A stretch of DNA of 64,000 nt from Acidobacteria bacterium UBA823 (GTDB taxonomy: Bacteria > Acidobacteriota > Vicinamibacteria > Vicinamibacterales > UBA823), in contig DBHR01000116.1 of NCBI GenBank assembly GCA_002296225.1, forward strand, positions 25,981 to 89,980, given 5' to 3'. A model generated the notes under the pieces. The model had not been told where the DNA came from. It was given only the letters and a program-made list of their open reading frames with translations, and made no database searches. Position numbers and translations under genes: made by a program. Shown here in pieces: positions 38,065-46,266 of this stretch; position 1 is the stretch's first letter, and every line of letters starts with the position of its first letter.

Positions 38065-38697
38065 ATGTTGATTACAGAGAGCCTGCGCGCGACCGGTGTC
38101 TCGGCCGTATGCCCACCTCTCGTTACGACTTGGACCAGGTCTGGCGAGTACGGCCGCCTGATCAGGATGGCCGCGATGCTATTTTGTGCCGGGCTGATCG
38201 CCGCGACGGCTCAGATAAGCATCCCGCTGCCATTAACGCCAGTGCCCCTGACCCTTCAACCCACGATTGTACTGCTCACCGCGGCCGTATTGGGAGCTCG
38301 TTTGGGCGCCACATGCCTCCTGCTGTACCTGGCAGCCGGCGTGGCGGGACTTCCGGTCTTTGCTTGGTCGCCGTGGCTGGCACCCGGTATGGGCCGGCTC
38401 CTGGGGCCAACCGGTGGATATCTGCTGGCCTATCCGGTCGCGGCGTACCTGGTTGGCTGGCTTGCCCAGCGCGGGCTGGACCGGCGATATATCACCGCCG
38501 TTGGCGCGATGCTGGCAGGGCTCGCGGTCATCTATCTCGGGGGTGTCGCCTGGCTGTTGTTGCTTGGCGCGCCGTCCGGAACCCCGCAGGCGGCGGCCGA
38601 ACTTGGTGTTTACCCCTTCCTGCTCGCCGACGTCGTCAAGCTCGCTCTTGTCGCGGCTTTTCTACCCAGCCTCAGGCGGTTCACGACGAGTAGCTAA
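38065..38697 (+). CDS. bioY: BioY-family biotin transporter S component
   Basis: ISIPLPLTPVPLTLQ and GPTGGYLLAYP motifs with about 6 TM segments. Confidence 0.82.
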   Translation: MLITESLRATGVSAVCPPLVTTWTRSGEYGRLIRMAAMLFCAGLIAATAQISIPLPLTPVPLTLQPTIVLLTAAVLGARLGATCLLLYLAAGVAGLPVFAWSPWLAPGMGRLLGPTGGYLLAYPVAAYLVGWLAQRGLDRRYITAVGAMLAGLAVIYLGGVAWLLLLGAPSGTPQAAAELGVYPFLLADVVKLALVAAFLPSLRRFTTSS

Positions 38698-38807
38698 ACG
38701 CCCCGGCTCGCGTTTCTAGCTTCTCGCACGCACTGTCAAACTTGCTTGTCTCCTGGCCAGGAACCAGGGCCAGAACACTTCGCCAGTATGTCCTATTATA
38801 GAAGGGT

Positions 38808-40331
38808 ATGTTGTCCCAGTTGTCCGAGAGCGTCTTCGACTTAATCGTGCAGACGTCGACTAACCTTCCTCCTGACGTTCGCGCCGCCATGTCGCATGCC
38901 GTGGGCGCTGAAGCGGTGGGCAACCGGTCTTCCCAGGCACTCGACATTATTGCGCTGAACATCGACCAAGCCTCGGACTGCGAGGGGGCTATCTGCCAAG
39001 ATACTGGGATGCCGACGTTCGAGATCCAAACGCCCGTCGGCATCAATCAGATCGCGATACGTGAGGAGATCGGGCGGGCCATCGTAGAGGCGACCCGTCA
39101 GGGCAAGCTGAGGCCGAATTCGGTCGACTCGATTACGGGTGAGAATTCCGGTGACAATCTCGGGCCGGGCACGCCGATCATTCACTTCAACCAGTGGGAA
39201 CGCGACGAGATTGAGATCCGTCTGCTACTGAAGGGCGGCGGGTGTGAAAATACGAACGCCCAGTACGCGCTGCCGACAGAGCTAGCCCACCTCGGCCGAG
39301 CCGACCGGACACTCGACGGCGTGCGAAAGTGCATTCTGCATGCTGTATGGCAGGCTCAGGGCAAGGGCTGCAGCCCTGGGGCGGTGGGCGTGTGCGTTGG
39401 CGGTGACCGAACGTCAGGGTACTCGCACGCTAAGGCACAGTTGTTCAGGCTGCTGACCGACGTTAATCCCGCCCCGCGGCTGGCAGACCTCGAGCGGTCC
39501 GTAATGGCCATAGTCAATGACATCGGCATCGGTGCTATGGGTTTTGGGGGAGACGTGTCGCTCATTGGGTGCAAGATCGCCGCGCTTAATCGGCTGCCCG
39601 CGAGCTTTTTCGTCTCTATTGCATACGACTGCTGGGCCTTCCGGCGCCTTGGGGTCGTGCTCGACCCGGAATCCGGCGCAATCTGCCGCTGGCTCTATCG
39701 TGATCCCGAAGCGCCGGTGACGCGGATGACGGCGGCCGGCAAAGGCGGGTTCACGAAAACTGGACGCGAGATGGTGCTAACGGCGCCGATTGACGAAGCC
39801 ATGATCCGAAAGCTCCACGTGGGCGACATTGTGTTGGTTTCTGGCCGCGTGTACACGGGGCGCGATGCTGTCCACACTCACCTGATGGAGCACGAGTCAC
39901 CGGTCAATCTCCGAGACGGTGTCCTGTATCACTGCGGTCCCGTCGTCGTGCGCGAAGGTGAGAGGTGGCGCGTCACAGCCGCTGGGCCGACGACCAGTAT
40001 CCGCGAGGAGCCATATCAGGCAGAAATTCTCAGGCGCCATGGGATTCGCGTGGTGATTGGGAAAGGCGGCATGGGCGCCAAGACACTCGTGGCGCTCAAG
40101 GAGACCGGTGCGGTCTACCTGAACGCGATCGGTGGCGCCGCCCAGTTTTACGCACGCACGATTGAGCGCGTCGATGGCGTGTCCCTCCTTGAGCTCGGCA
40201 CACCGGAAGCAATGTGGCATTTGCAAGTGCGCGACTTTCCCGCCATCGTAACGATGGACGCTCATGGCGCCAGTCTCCATCGTGACGTCGAAACGGCCTC
40301 CGCCGAGCAGCTGGCGGCCATGCGAGCGTGA
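38808..40331 (+). CDS. Class I (Fe-S) fumarate hydratase / tartrate dehydratase-type hydro-lyase, with alpha and beta parts fused
   Basis: CQDTGMP motif in the N-terminal part. The C-terminal part (GRVYTGRDAVH...GKGGM) resembles the beta subunit. Confidence 0.82.
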   Translation: MLSQLSESVFDLIVQTSTNLPPDVRAAMSHAVGAEAVGNRSSQALDIIALNIDQASDCEGAICQDTGMPTFEIQTPVGINQIAIREEIGRAIVEATRQGKLRPNSVDSITGENSGDNLGPGTPIIHFNQWERDEIEIRLLLKGGGCENTNAQYALPTELAHLGRADRTLDGVRKCILHAVWQAQGKGCSPGAVGVCVGGDRTSGYSHAKAQLFRLLTDVNPAPRLADLERSVMAIVNDIGIGAMGFGGDVSLIGCKIAALNRLPASFFVSIAYDCWAFRRLGVVLDPESGAICRWLYRDPEAPVTRMTAAGKGGFTKTGREMVLTAPIDEAMIRKLHVGDIVLVSGRVYTGRDAVHTHLMEHESPVNLRDGVLYHCGPVVVREGERWRVTAAGPTTSIREEPYQAEILRRHGIRVVIGKGGMGAKTLVALKETGAVYLNAIGGAAQFYARTIERVDGVSLLELGTPEAMWHLQVRDFPAIVTMDAHGASLHRDVETASAEQLAAMRA

Positions 40332-40339
40332 CCCGTCCG

Positions 40340-41290
40340 TCAGTCGGCCGTAGAAGTGTCTTGACACTCATCGTCAGGTGGCTTGGCTGCCATCTCAGGT
40401 AGGGGTGGGCGCACGAGGTTACGTGCCATGGCGTCGACGTCGAGGGCCGTCGTTGCGAGATCCTCAATCGGTAACAGGACGAACGGAATCGGTTCGGTCA
40501 CTCCGACAACCTTGAGATAGCCGCAGCACGCCTCGCAGGACAGCAACTGTCGTTCCGGCTGATCCGACGATGCCGGATTGTGTAGTACGCCTGGCGAGAG
40601 GCAGTAGGGGCAGCACGCTGGCGTCGGGAGATTCCACCCGCCGCCGCAGAACGAGCATCGGAGGGTGACGTCGCCGTGTAGGGACTCTCCGAGCGCCGGC
40701 CACGAACCGCAGGCGGGACACGTTCCCAGGCCCCATGCATCGAGCGTCTCGCGGACCGCTGAGTCGACGTCGCCGGTCAACGTCGAGCGCTGGAAGTCTT
40801 GAGCGATGGGTCCGACAGTCAGTTCGGCTACGAGCCACAAGAGGTCAGGCGCCAAGTCAAGGTGGACGGCGCCTGCCCGGATGTTGCTTTGGCGGCGGGC
40901 CAGCGATGCGTTTAGAAGTGAAGTCGCGTCGAGCCGCTGCTCCCGGACGACATCATGGATATGACGGGCCGCGTCACCGGCGCCGCTGTCCGCTAGGATG
41001 GCGCATAGGTCGTGGAAGGCGGGTTCGAGGAGCGACATCGGGAGAGCGACTGGGTGTTCGTGCAGGAGTGCGTGCGAGCCTCGGAGCGTCTTTACGATCG
41101 TTGTGGGCTCAAGGTTAGGCGGAGCCCAATCAGAGTCCTCGATTGCAGCGGTCAGACCGGCGATCCGTTGAACCAGGGCTCGTTGCAGTGTGACCGCGTC
41201 CGTTAAATCTGGACGGTCGGCTTCGATCTGACGCCACCGTGCGTCGGCGCGCCGGAGTAATACATTTAAGCTGAAAGCTGGCTGATTCAT
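40340..41290 (-). CDS. fdhE: FdhE-like cysteine-rich protein
   Basis: CPACGSWP...RCSFCGGGW...CCPYC...CEACCGYLK mirrors the four CxxC pairs and the YLK motif of FdhE. Start trimmed to the ATG at 41290. Confidence 0.65.
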   Translation of the reverse strand: MNQPAFSLNVLLRRADARWRQIEADRPDLTDAVTLQRALVQRIAGLTAAIEDSDWAPPNLEPTTIVKTLRGSHALLHEHPVALPMSLLEPAFHDLCAILADSGAGDAARHIHDVVREQRLDATSLLNASLARRQSNIRAGAVHLDLAPDLLWLVAELTVGPIAQDFQRSTLTGDVDSAVRETLDAWGLGTCPACGSWPALGESLHGDVTLRCSFCGGGWNLPTPACCPYCLSPGVLHNPASSDQPERQLLSCEACCGYLKVVGVTEPIPFVLLPIEDLATTALDVDAMARNLVRPPLPEMAAKPPDDECQDTSTAD

Positions 41291-41481
41291 CTGACGTGGT
41301 TCGCCACGATCGCATACTGGGAGAAGGCTGATTCCGTCGGAGGCTCGAAGTATGACGCGTCGGTCCAATGACTGACAAGTGTCCCCGGGTCGAGTTCTAC
41401 TGGTCCTGTGACTCCCGGTGGGCTTGCCGGGCTTCTCGCGGGACGGCTATAATGATCTCCAGTGAGGGGGACTGTGCGCAT

Positions 41482-41820
41482 ATGAGTAGCGTCATCAACG
41501 TCACACACACTGCAGCAACGAAGATCAATGCGCTCCTTAGCGAGGAGAATAAGCAGCAGGCGGGGCTTCGTGTTTTCGTGCAAGGCGGCGGATGCTCGGG
41601 TTTTCAGTACGGGCTTATGATCGAAGAGGGCGAGGGCGACGGGGATTCTGATCGTGTGTTCGAATCGAACGGGATCAAGCTTTTCGTCGATCCGATCAGT
41701 ATCCGCTACCTCACGGGTGCCGAAGTCGATTTCGTCGACAATCTGCAGGGTGGCGGGTTCACCATCCAGAACCCCAATGCTAAGTCCACCTGCGGCTGCG
41801 GTTCGTCGTTCGCCGTTTAA
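41482..41820 (+). CDS. A-type iron-sulfur cluster carrier (IscA/ErpA/HesB family)
   Basis: GGGCSGFQY and C-terminal STCGCGSSF. ATG at 41482 is preceded by GAGGGGGA. Confidence 0.88.
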   Translation: MSSVINVTHTAATKINALLSEENKQQAGLRVFVQGGGCSGFQYGLMIEEGEGDGDSDRVFESNGIKLFVDPISIRYLTGAEVDFVDNLQGGGFTIQNPNAKSTCGCGSSFAV

Positions 41821-41902
41821 GTGTCGACTGCCGAGCAGTCTTGAACCATGCGTCGATCGGGCGACTCCGGCGGTGCCGTAATGACCGCCGCTTCGTCGTG
41901 TC

Positions 41903-42877
41903 ATGGAACAAACAGGCCCCTATCTGGAGTGCCATCGCCCGGTGGGCGGAAATCGGTCGACTAAGCGCGACTTGGTCGTCGACGTATTTCTCCGCCAGGA
42001 GGGACACCTCAGCGCGGACGACCTCGTCGAGCTAATCAAGAAGGAAGACCAACGAATCAGCCGGGCTACCGTCTACCGCACACTGCAGTGGATGGTAGAT
42101 GCTGAAATCGCGCGTAAAGTGGATTTTGGCGAAGGCCGGTTCCGCTTTGAACACTCGTATCGTCATCCGCGGCATTTTCACCTGATCTGCAAGTCCTGCA
42201 ACCAGTTGTTTGAGTTCCTTAGCTCAGACATCGAGGTGCTGATCGAGGAAGTCACAGCAGCACAGCGGTTCGCTACGAGTCAGAGTGTGTTGCAGATCTA
42301 CGGCACGTGCGAGGCGTGCAGGACGGGGTGCCAACCGATTGCCGGTACGGTGACGACAGAGCTCGTGTTTGCGCGTGACGCGCTCCGCATTGCGATCGCC
42401 ACCGAGCGTAGCGGGTTGGCATTCTATTCGAGGGCCGCGAGCATTACCCGTGATAAACGTGGGCGACAGGTGTTTCGACGCTTGGCCGATGAAGAACGGG
42501 AGCATTTGTCACGTCTTGAGAAACGCTACAAGGAGGTTTTGGCCCAGGACCCGCAGCTAGAAGATCGGCCACCATTCCTGTTCTTCAAGGGGGCGGCGGA
42601 CGGTCTGTTCGCGGTCGGTGCTGAAGAGCTGTCACAGGGTGTCGACGCCAAACAGGCGTTCATGATCGGGATTAAGTGCGAGCGTGGCTCGCACCGCTTC
42701 TTTAAGCGGTATGGTGAGCGGTTTGAAGACTCGGAAGGTAAGCAGATTTTCTTGGAGTTTGCCGAGGATGAGCGTGAGCATCTTGAGTTACTGATTCGCG
42801 AGTACCGCGCATTAACTAGGCGATCGCCGAGTAAACGCGCGTCCGCTCGGCGGTCCCCTCGTCGTGCAAACGCTTGA
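41903..42877 (+). CDS. Fur-family transcriptional regulator fused to a rubrerythrin/ferritin-like diiron domain
   Basis: The N-terminal ~150 aa are Fur-like: ISRATVYRTL, HPRHFHLICKSCNQLFEF and TCEAC. The C-terminal ~170 aa carry E / EEREH / E / DEREH on four predicted helices. Confidence 0.8.
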   Translation: MEQTGPYLECHRPVGGNRSTKRDLVVDVFLRQEGHLSADDLVELIKKEDQRISRATVYRTLQWMVDAEIARKVDFGEGRFRFEHSYRHPRHFHLICKSCNQLFEFLSSDIEVLIEEVTAAQRFATSQSVLQIYGTCEACRTGCQPIAGTVTTELVFARDALRIAIATERSGLAFYSRAASITRDKRGRQVFRRLADEEREHLSRLEKRYKEVLAQDPQLEDRPPFLFFKGAADGLFAVGAEELSQGVDAKQAFMIGIKCERGSHRFFKRYGERFEDSEGKQIFLEFAEDEREHLELLIREYRALTRRSPSKRASARRSPRRANA

Positions 42878-42928
42878 CGCAAGTGCTGTCGGTGCGCGAA
42901 CCCTTCTTGGAATCTTGACCTAGTAGTC

Positions 42929-43780
42929 GTGATCGACCTTCATTTACATACGACGGCGTCTGACGGCGCGTACTCACCCGCAGAGCTGATGTCACGTGCA
43001 TCGGCCGTCGGAGTGCGGACGCTCAGCATCACGGATCACGATACGATGGCCGCTGTCCCGGAAGCGATGGTACTCGCGGACTCCTTAGGCGTGAAACTAC
43101 TTGCGGGCATCGAAATCACGGCGGTCCGCGACGGACGTGACGTTCACATCCTCGGGTATTTCCTCACAGTTCACCCGCCAGGGCTCGACACGTTTCTTGT
43201 CGCCCAGCGTCGCCACCGCAGTGACCGTGTGCGTGCCATGGCCAAGCGACTCGCGGCGCTCGGCATCGCCGTCGAGGTCGATGGACTGCTCGCCGAGCGC
43301 GCCGCCGCCGCGCGGTCGCCGGGGCGTCCCCATCTGGCCGCAGCGTTGGTGGCTGCCAAACACGCCACGTCGGTTCGGGATGCTTTCGATCGGTGGCTTG
43401 GTGATGGACGCGCTGCTTGGGTGCCACGGCGCGGGTTGTCACCTGAGCAGGTGATCGAAGTGATATCGAGCGCCGGGGGTGTCGCCTCCTTGGCGCATCC
43501 TGGCTTGACTGGTGACCGGCGACTCCTCGGCCGACTGGCCGAGGCAGGGCTAGAAGCGGTGGAGGTGTACCATAGCCAGCATGACCAGGCAACCCAGGGT
43601 AGACTCCTTAAGCAGGCACGTAGATTGGATTTGGCGGTCACCGGGGGGTCTGACTTTCATGGTGATGCTGATCACCGCGCTGGCCAGTTAGGACGGGTCG
43701 GTCTTCCACCAGCCGAATTTCAGGAACTGCACGATCGGATAGCGCGAGCGGCGCGGCGTGTTGAGACTATGCGGCACTGA
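42929..43780 (+). CDS. PHP-domain phosphoesterase (TrpH/YciV-like)
   Basis: MIDLHLHTTASDG, SITDHD and AHP motifs. Confidence 0.85.
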   Translation: MIDLHLHTTASDGAYSPAELMSRASAVGVRTLSITDHDTMAAVPEAMVLADSLGVKLLAGIEITAVRDGRDVHILGYFLTVHPPGLDTFLVAQRRHRSDRVRAMAKRLAALGIAVEVDGLLAERAAAARSPGRPHLAAALVAAKHATSVRDAFDRWLGDGRAAWVPRRGLSPEQVIEVISSAGGVASLAHPGLTGDRRLLGRLAEAGLEAVEVYHSQHDQATQGRLLKQARRLDLAVTGGSDFHGDADHRAGQLGRVGLPPAEFQELHDRIARAARRVETMRH

Positions 43781-43806
43781 GCGGTGAGGACGAGAAGGAT
43801 GAACGG

Positions 43807-44280
43807 ATGGCGGCAGCGCTTCTAACAGCGACCACGCTTTCTATCGTTGGCTTGGCCGTGAGTGTGGTTTTTGGTCACCTGGCGCATGCGCCAGGTGAAG
43901 TGCTGCGCCATGTCTCGCTGGCCGTGTTCGTGACGATGATGACACTCCTCTCTCACTCGATGCTGATGTTCTATCTGATCGGCAAGGGCAAGGCGGTTCG
44001 CGAAGCCGCCACGGCGGGGGAGTTATCGGGGGATTTCGCCGCCGACATCTCAAACGCGCGAAAACCAGTTTTCTCGCTTGCTATGGTCGCGATTACTCTG
44101 ACGATCATGGCCGCGGTGATCGGGGCCGGTGTCGATACTGGAGCCCTACCGACTGGATTTCACACACTGCTCGCATATTTCGCCGTGCTGTGTAATGTTG
44201 CGACACTCCGCGCCGAGTATGTCGCGTTGGTCACGTGCGCACGGGTTGTCGACAAGGTGAATCGTCTGTTAGGCGTGTGA
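43807..44280 (+). CDS. Hypothetical membrane protein (about 4 TM)
   Basis: Four hydrophobic segments. GAAGGA lies upstream of the ATG. No recognisable family. Confidence 0.6.
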   Translation: MAAALLTATTLSIVGLAVSVVFGHLAHAPGEVLRHVSLAVFVTMMTLLSHSMLMFYLIGKGKAVREAATAGELSGDFAADISNARKPVFSLAMVAITLTIMAAVIGAGVDTGALPTGFHTLLAYFAVLCNVATLRAEYVALVTCARVVDKVNRLLGV

Positions 44281-44352
44281 CGCTCTATGAACAGCCAGCT
44301 TGACGCTCGCTCGGATCGGACGGAGTAAGTCATTGGATCGAGGAGGACGTTG

Positions 44353-44448
44353 ATGACGCGAGAGCAGTTAGACACGCTGCCGGCATTTCTCAAACCGCCA
44401 TCGTCAGAGACCACTCATCACCACCTGCGTCCGGTCCTACCGCAGTAG
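44353..44448 (+). CDS. Candidate 31-aa ORF MTREQLDTLPAFLKPPSSETTHHHLRPVLPQ
   Basis: GAGGAGGA lies 5 nt upstream of the ATG, TTGACG about 50 nt upstream, and a GC hairpin plus TTTG downstream. There is no family evidence. Confidence 0.3.
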   Translation: MTREQLDTLPAFLKPPSSETTHHHLRPVLPQ

Positions 44449-44494
44449 CTCGGCCGAGCCCGGGCGCGCCCGGCTTTGTGCATCCTTCTGGAAC

Positions 44495-44998
44495 CTACTC
44501 GACTGTGAAGGAGACCATCGCATTCAAGCCTTCGATGGTTCGATGCTCACCGTCACCAATCTGCAGGCAGACGCGATGCTGGCCGGGTTCGAGCTGCATG
44601 TCGATCACCGCCGATGCGTCACCAAAGTGCACCCACGGGGCCGCTTGCGGTATAACCTCGCCCGCTGGGAGACAGTCGGTGTCGATCCCAATGTGATGGT
44701 GACCGGCCCCTTGGTTAATTACGGGTGGGTCAGCTACCGGTTCGATTGCGAAGTTTTCTGCCCCGAACATGAAATGTACCGGACTGCTGACTGTGGCGCC
44801 TTCTTCCGGTTCGATGAAGGATACGCGAGGCGAGGTGTCCATCGACTCCTCGGCCACTGGTTCTTCAGCTACCGGTTCCGGGTCCGCCTCTTCAGCGCTG
44901 CTGCACGCCGTTGCGGTAATTAGCCCGCTCAGTATCAAGGTGGCCGCGACGACGCGGGTCACCTTAAACAACATTTCTTCAAGCTTATTACGATGCAT
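44495..44998 (-). CDS. DUF4399-like secreted/lipoprotein
   Basis: Signal peptide with TAC lipobox-like cysteine, an acidic linker, and a GAGHHHIGIDTDC motif. AAGGAGAAGGG SD. Confidence 0.7.
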   Translation of the reverse strand: MHRNKLEEMLFKVTRVVAATLILSGLITATACSSAEEADPEPVAEEPVAEESMDTSPRVSFIEPEEGATVSSPVHFMFGAENFAIEPVADPPVINQGAGHHHIGIDTDCLPAGEVIPQAAPWVHFGDASAVIDMQLEPGQHRVCLQIGDGEHRTIEGLNAMVSFTVE

Positions 44999-45170
44999 TA
45001 CCCTTCTCCTTGGTGCCCTGATCGACTAGGGACGGCTGAGTTCGTCGCCGCCCGTACGCGCAGTGCCTACTCGCTTGACACCGCTCAAATCACGAGAAAA
45101 GCGCCCTAAGTCAAGCACGCCAGGCCGCTACTATACAACAAACCCGTGCCGAACCAACCGACGTGAGAGA

Positions 45171-45266
45171 TGGCGGAAGCGCCTGGGAGTCGAACCCAGC
45201 CCCCCCGCAGAACGGGGAGCGACCGATTTTGAAGACCGGGAGGGCCACCGGGCCCCGTTCGCTTCC
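45171..45266 (-). tRNA. selC: tRNA-Sec (anticodon UCA), 96 nt including CCA
   Basis: The minus strand runs from GGAAGCGA to GCGCTTCC-G-CCA. Features: 6-bp D-stem with 4-nt loop (GGGGCC CGGT GGCCCT), anticodon loop CU-UCA-AA, ~7-bp long variable arm (CTCCCCG TTCTG CGGGGGG), and 5-bp T-stem (CTGGG TTCGACT CCCAG). Confidence 0.88.
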
Positions 45267-45377
45267 ACGGACGCCCCGGTGAATTGCGTCCGGTGCACTC
45301 GGGTATGAACCACACTCGAAACGCTCGGGGCGGGGGAGAGCGAAGCGTGTTGGCTTATGCGGGGATTTGACGGCCGT

Positions 45378-45584
45378 CTAGCTGTCGATGAGTTGCACCT
45401 CGCCAGCACGAGGGCCCTTGGCAGACTCTTCCACAGTGAACTCTACACGCTGACCCTCACGGAGCAGCTCGAAGACGGCACTTCGCACCGAACTGCGGTG
45501 GAAGAAGTGCTCGATTCCTCCTTCATCGCGAATAAAACCAAAGCCCTTATCGATGAGGAGCCGTGCAATGGTACCGCTTGGCAT
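45378..45584 (-). CDS. Cold-shock protein (CspA family)
   Basis: KGFGFI (RNP1) and HFFH (RNP2-like); 68 aa; GGAGGA SD. Confidence 0.9.
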   Translation of the reverse strand: MPSGTIARLLIDKGFGFIRDEGGIEHFFHRSSVRSAVFELLREGQRVEFTVEESAKGPRAGEVQLIDS

Positions 45585-45872
45585 ACCCTTAGTCCTCCGA
45601 TCGACGAAGCCCCAGGACCCATACCCAGGGATGATGAGACCGTCTGTCGTGGGAGCCAGGGGGCAGGGATGAACGCGGGCCCCCCAATGAGGCTGGAACG
45701 CGCGACACCGACAACCTAACCGGGTCCTTCCCTCGGCCGAATCACGGCCTCACTTCCGGCTTCCCCAAAAACCTTGGCAGCCGGATTACGCTTCCACTTG
45801 AGCCAAATTTAACCGGGTCCTAGCGCAGCGTAAAGAGCGCCAAGTGTAGGTGGATCTCTCGCAGGAAGTCAA
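45585..45872 (-). promoter_or_regulatory. csp promoter and a roughly 250-nt 5' leader
   Basis: On the minus strand: TTGACT (45872-45867), 18-nt spacer, TACACT (45848-45843). The leader contains an exact 11-nt direct repeat (plus-strand TAACCGGGTCC at 45717 and 45810). Confidence 0.45.
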
Positions 45873-45978
45873 GCTAACGGCAGACTTTACCGGCAGTCTG
45901 GGTTTCTCAGCCGTAAAATGTTAATGGTGCCTTATGCCTCGGCTGGAGCCAAAACTATTCCAACCCCGCAAACATTGC

Positions 45979-46167
45979 TCAACTGGAAGCTGGATCAGTT
46001 TTCTGAGCAGCCGGCTTCGGTGGCGGGTAGGTCGTCCAGAAGTGCCGCCCGCATCTTGTGCAAACCCAAAACTGTTGTGGTTTCCACTCCCCGTCGGGGG
46101 AGGGTTCGGTCATGTCCATCTGTGCGCCACACCGCTGGCATCTGATCTGGATGGCCACATCAGGCAT
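45979..46167 (-). CDS. Hypothetical small zinc-ribbon protein
   Basis: CQRC...CTRC pairs; 62 aa. No clear SD. Confidence 0.45.
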   Translation of the reverse strand: MPDVAIQIRCQRCGAQMDMTEPSPDGEWKPQQFWVCTRCGRHFWTTYPPPKPAAQKTDPASS

Positions 46168-46266
46168 GGCTGGAGTCTAGCACGACTGCTCACACACATG
46201 CCGGGTGTAGCCAAGGACTGCTAGACTGAGAGCGATGGCTGGTTCGAGTTTGCAGGGGCCGGGGCG

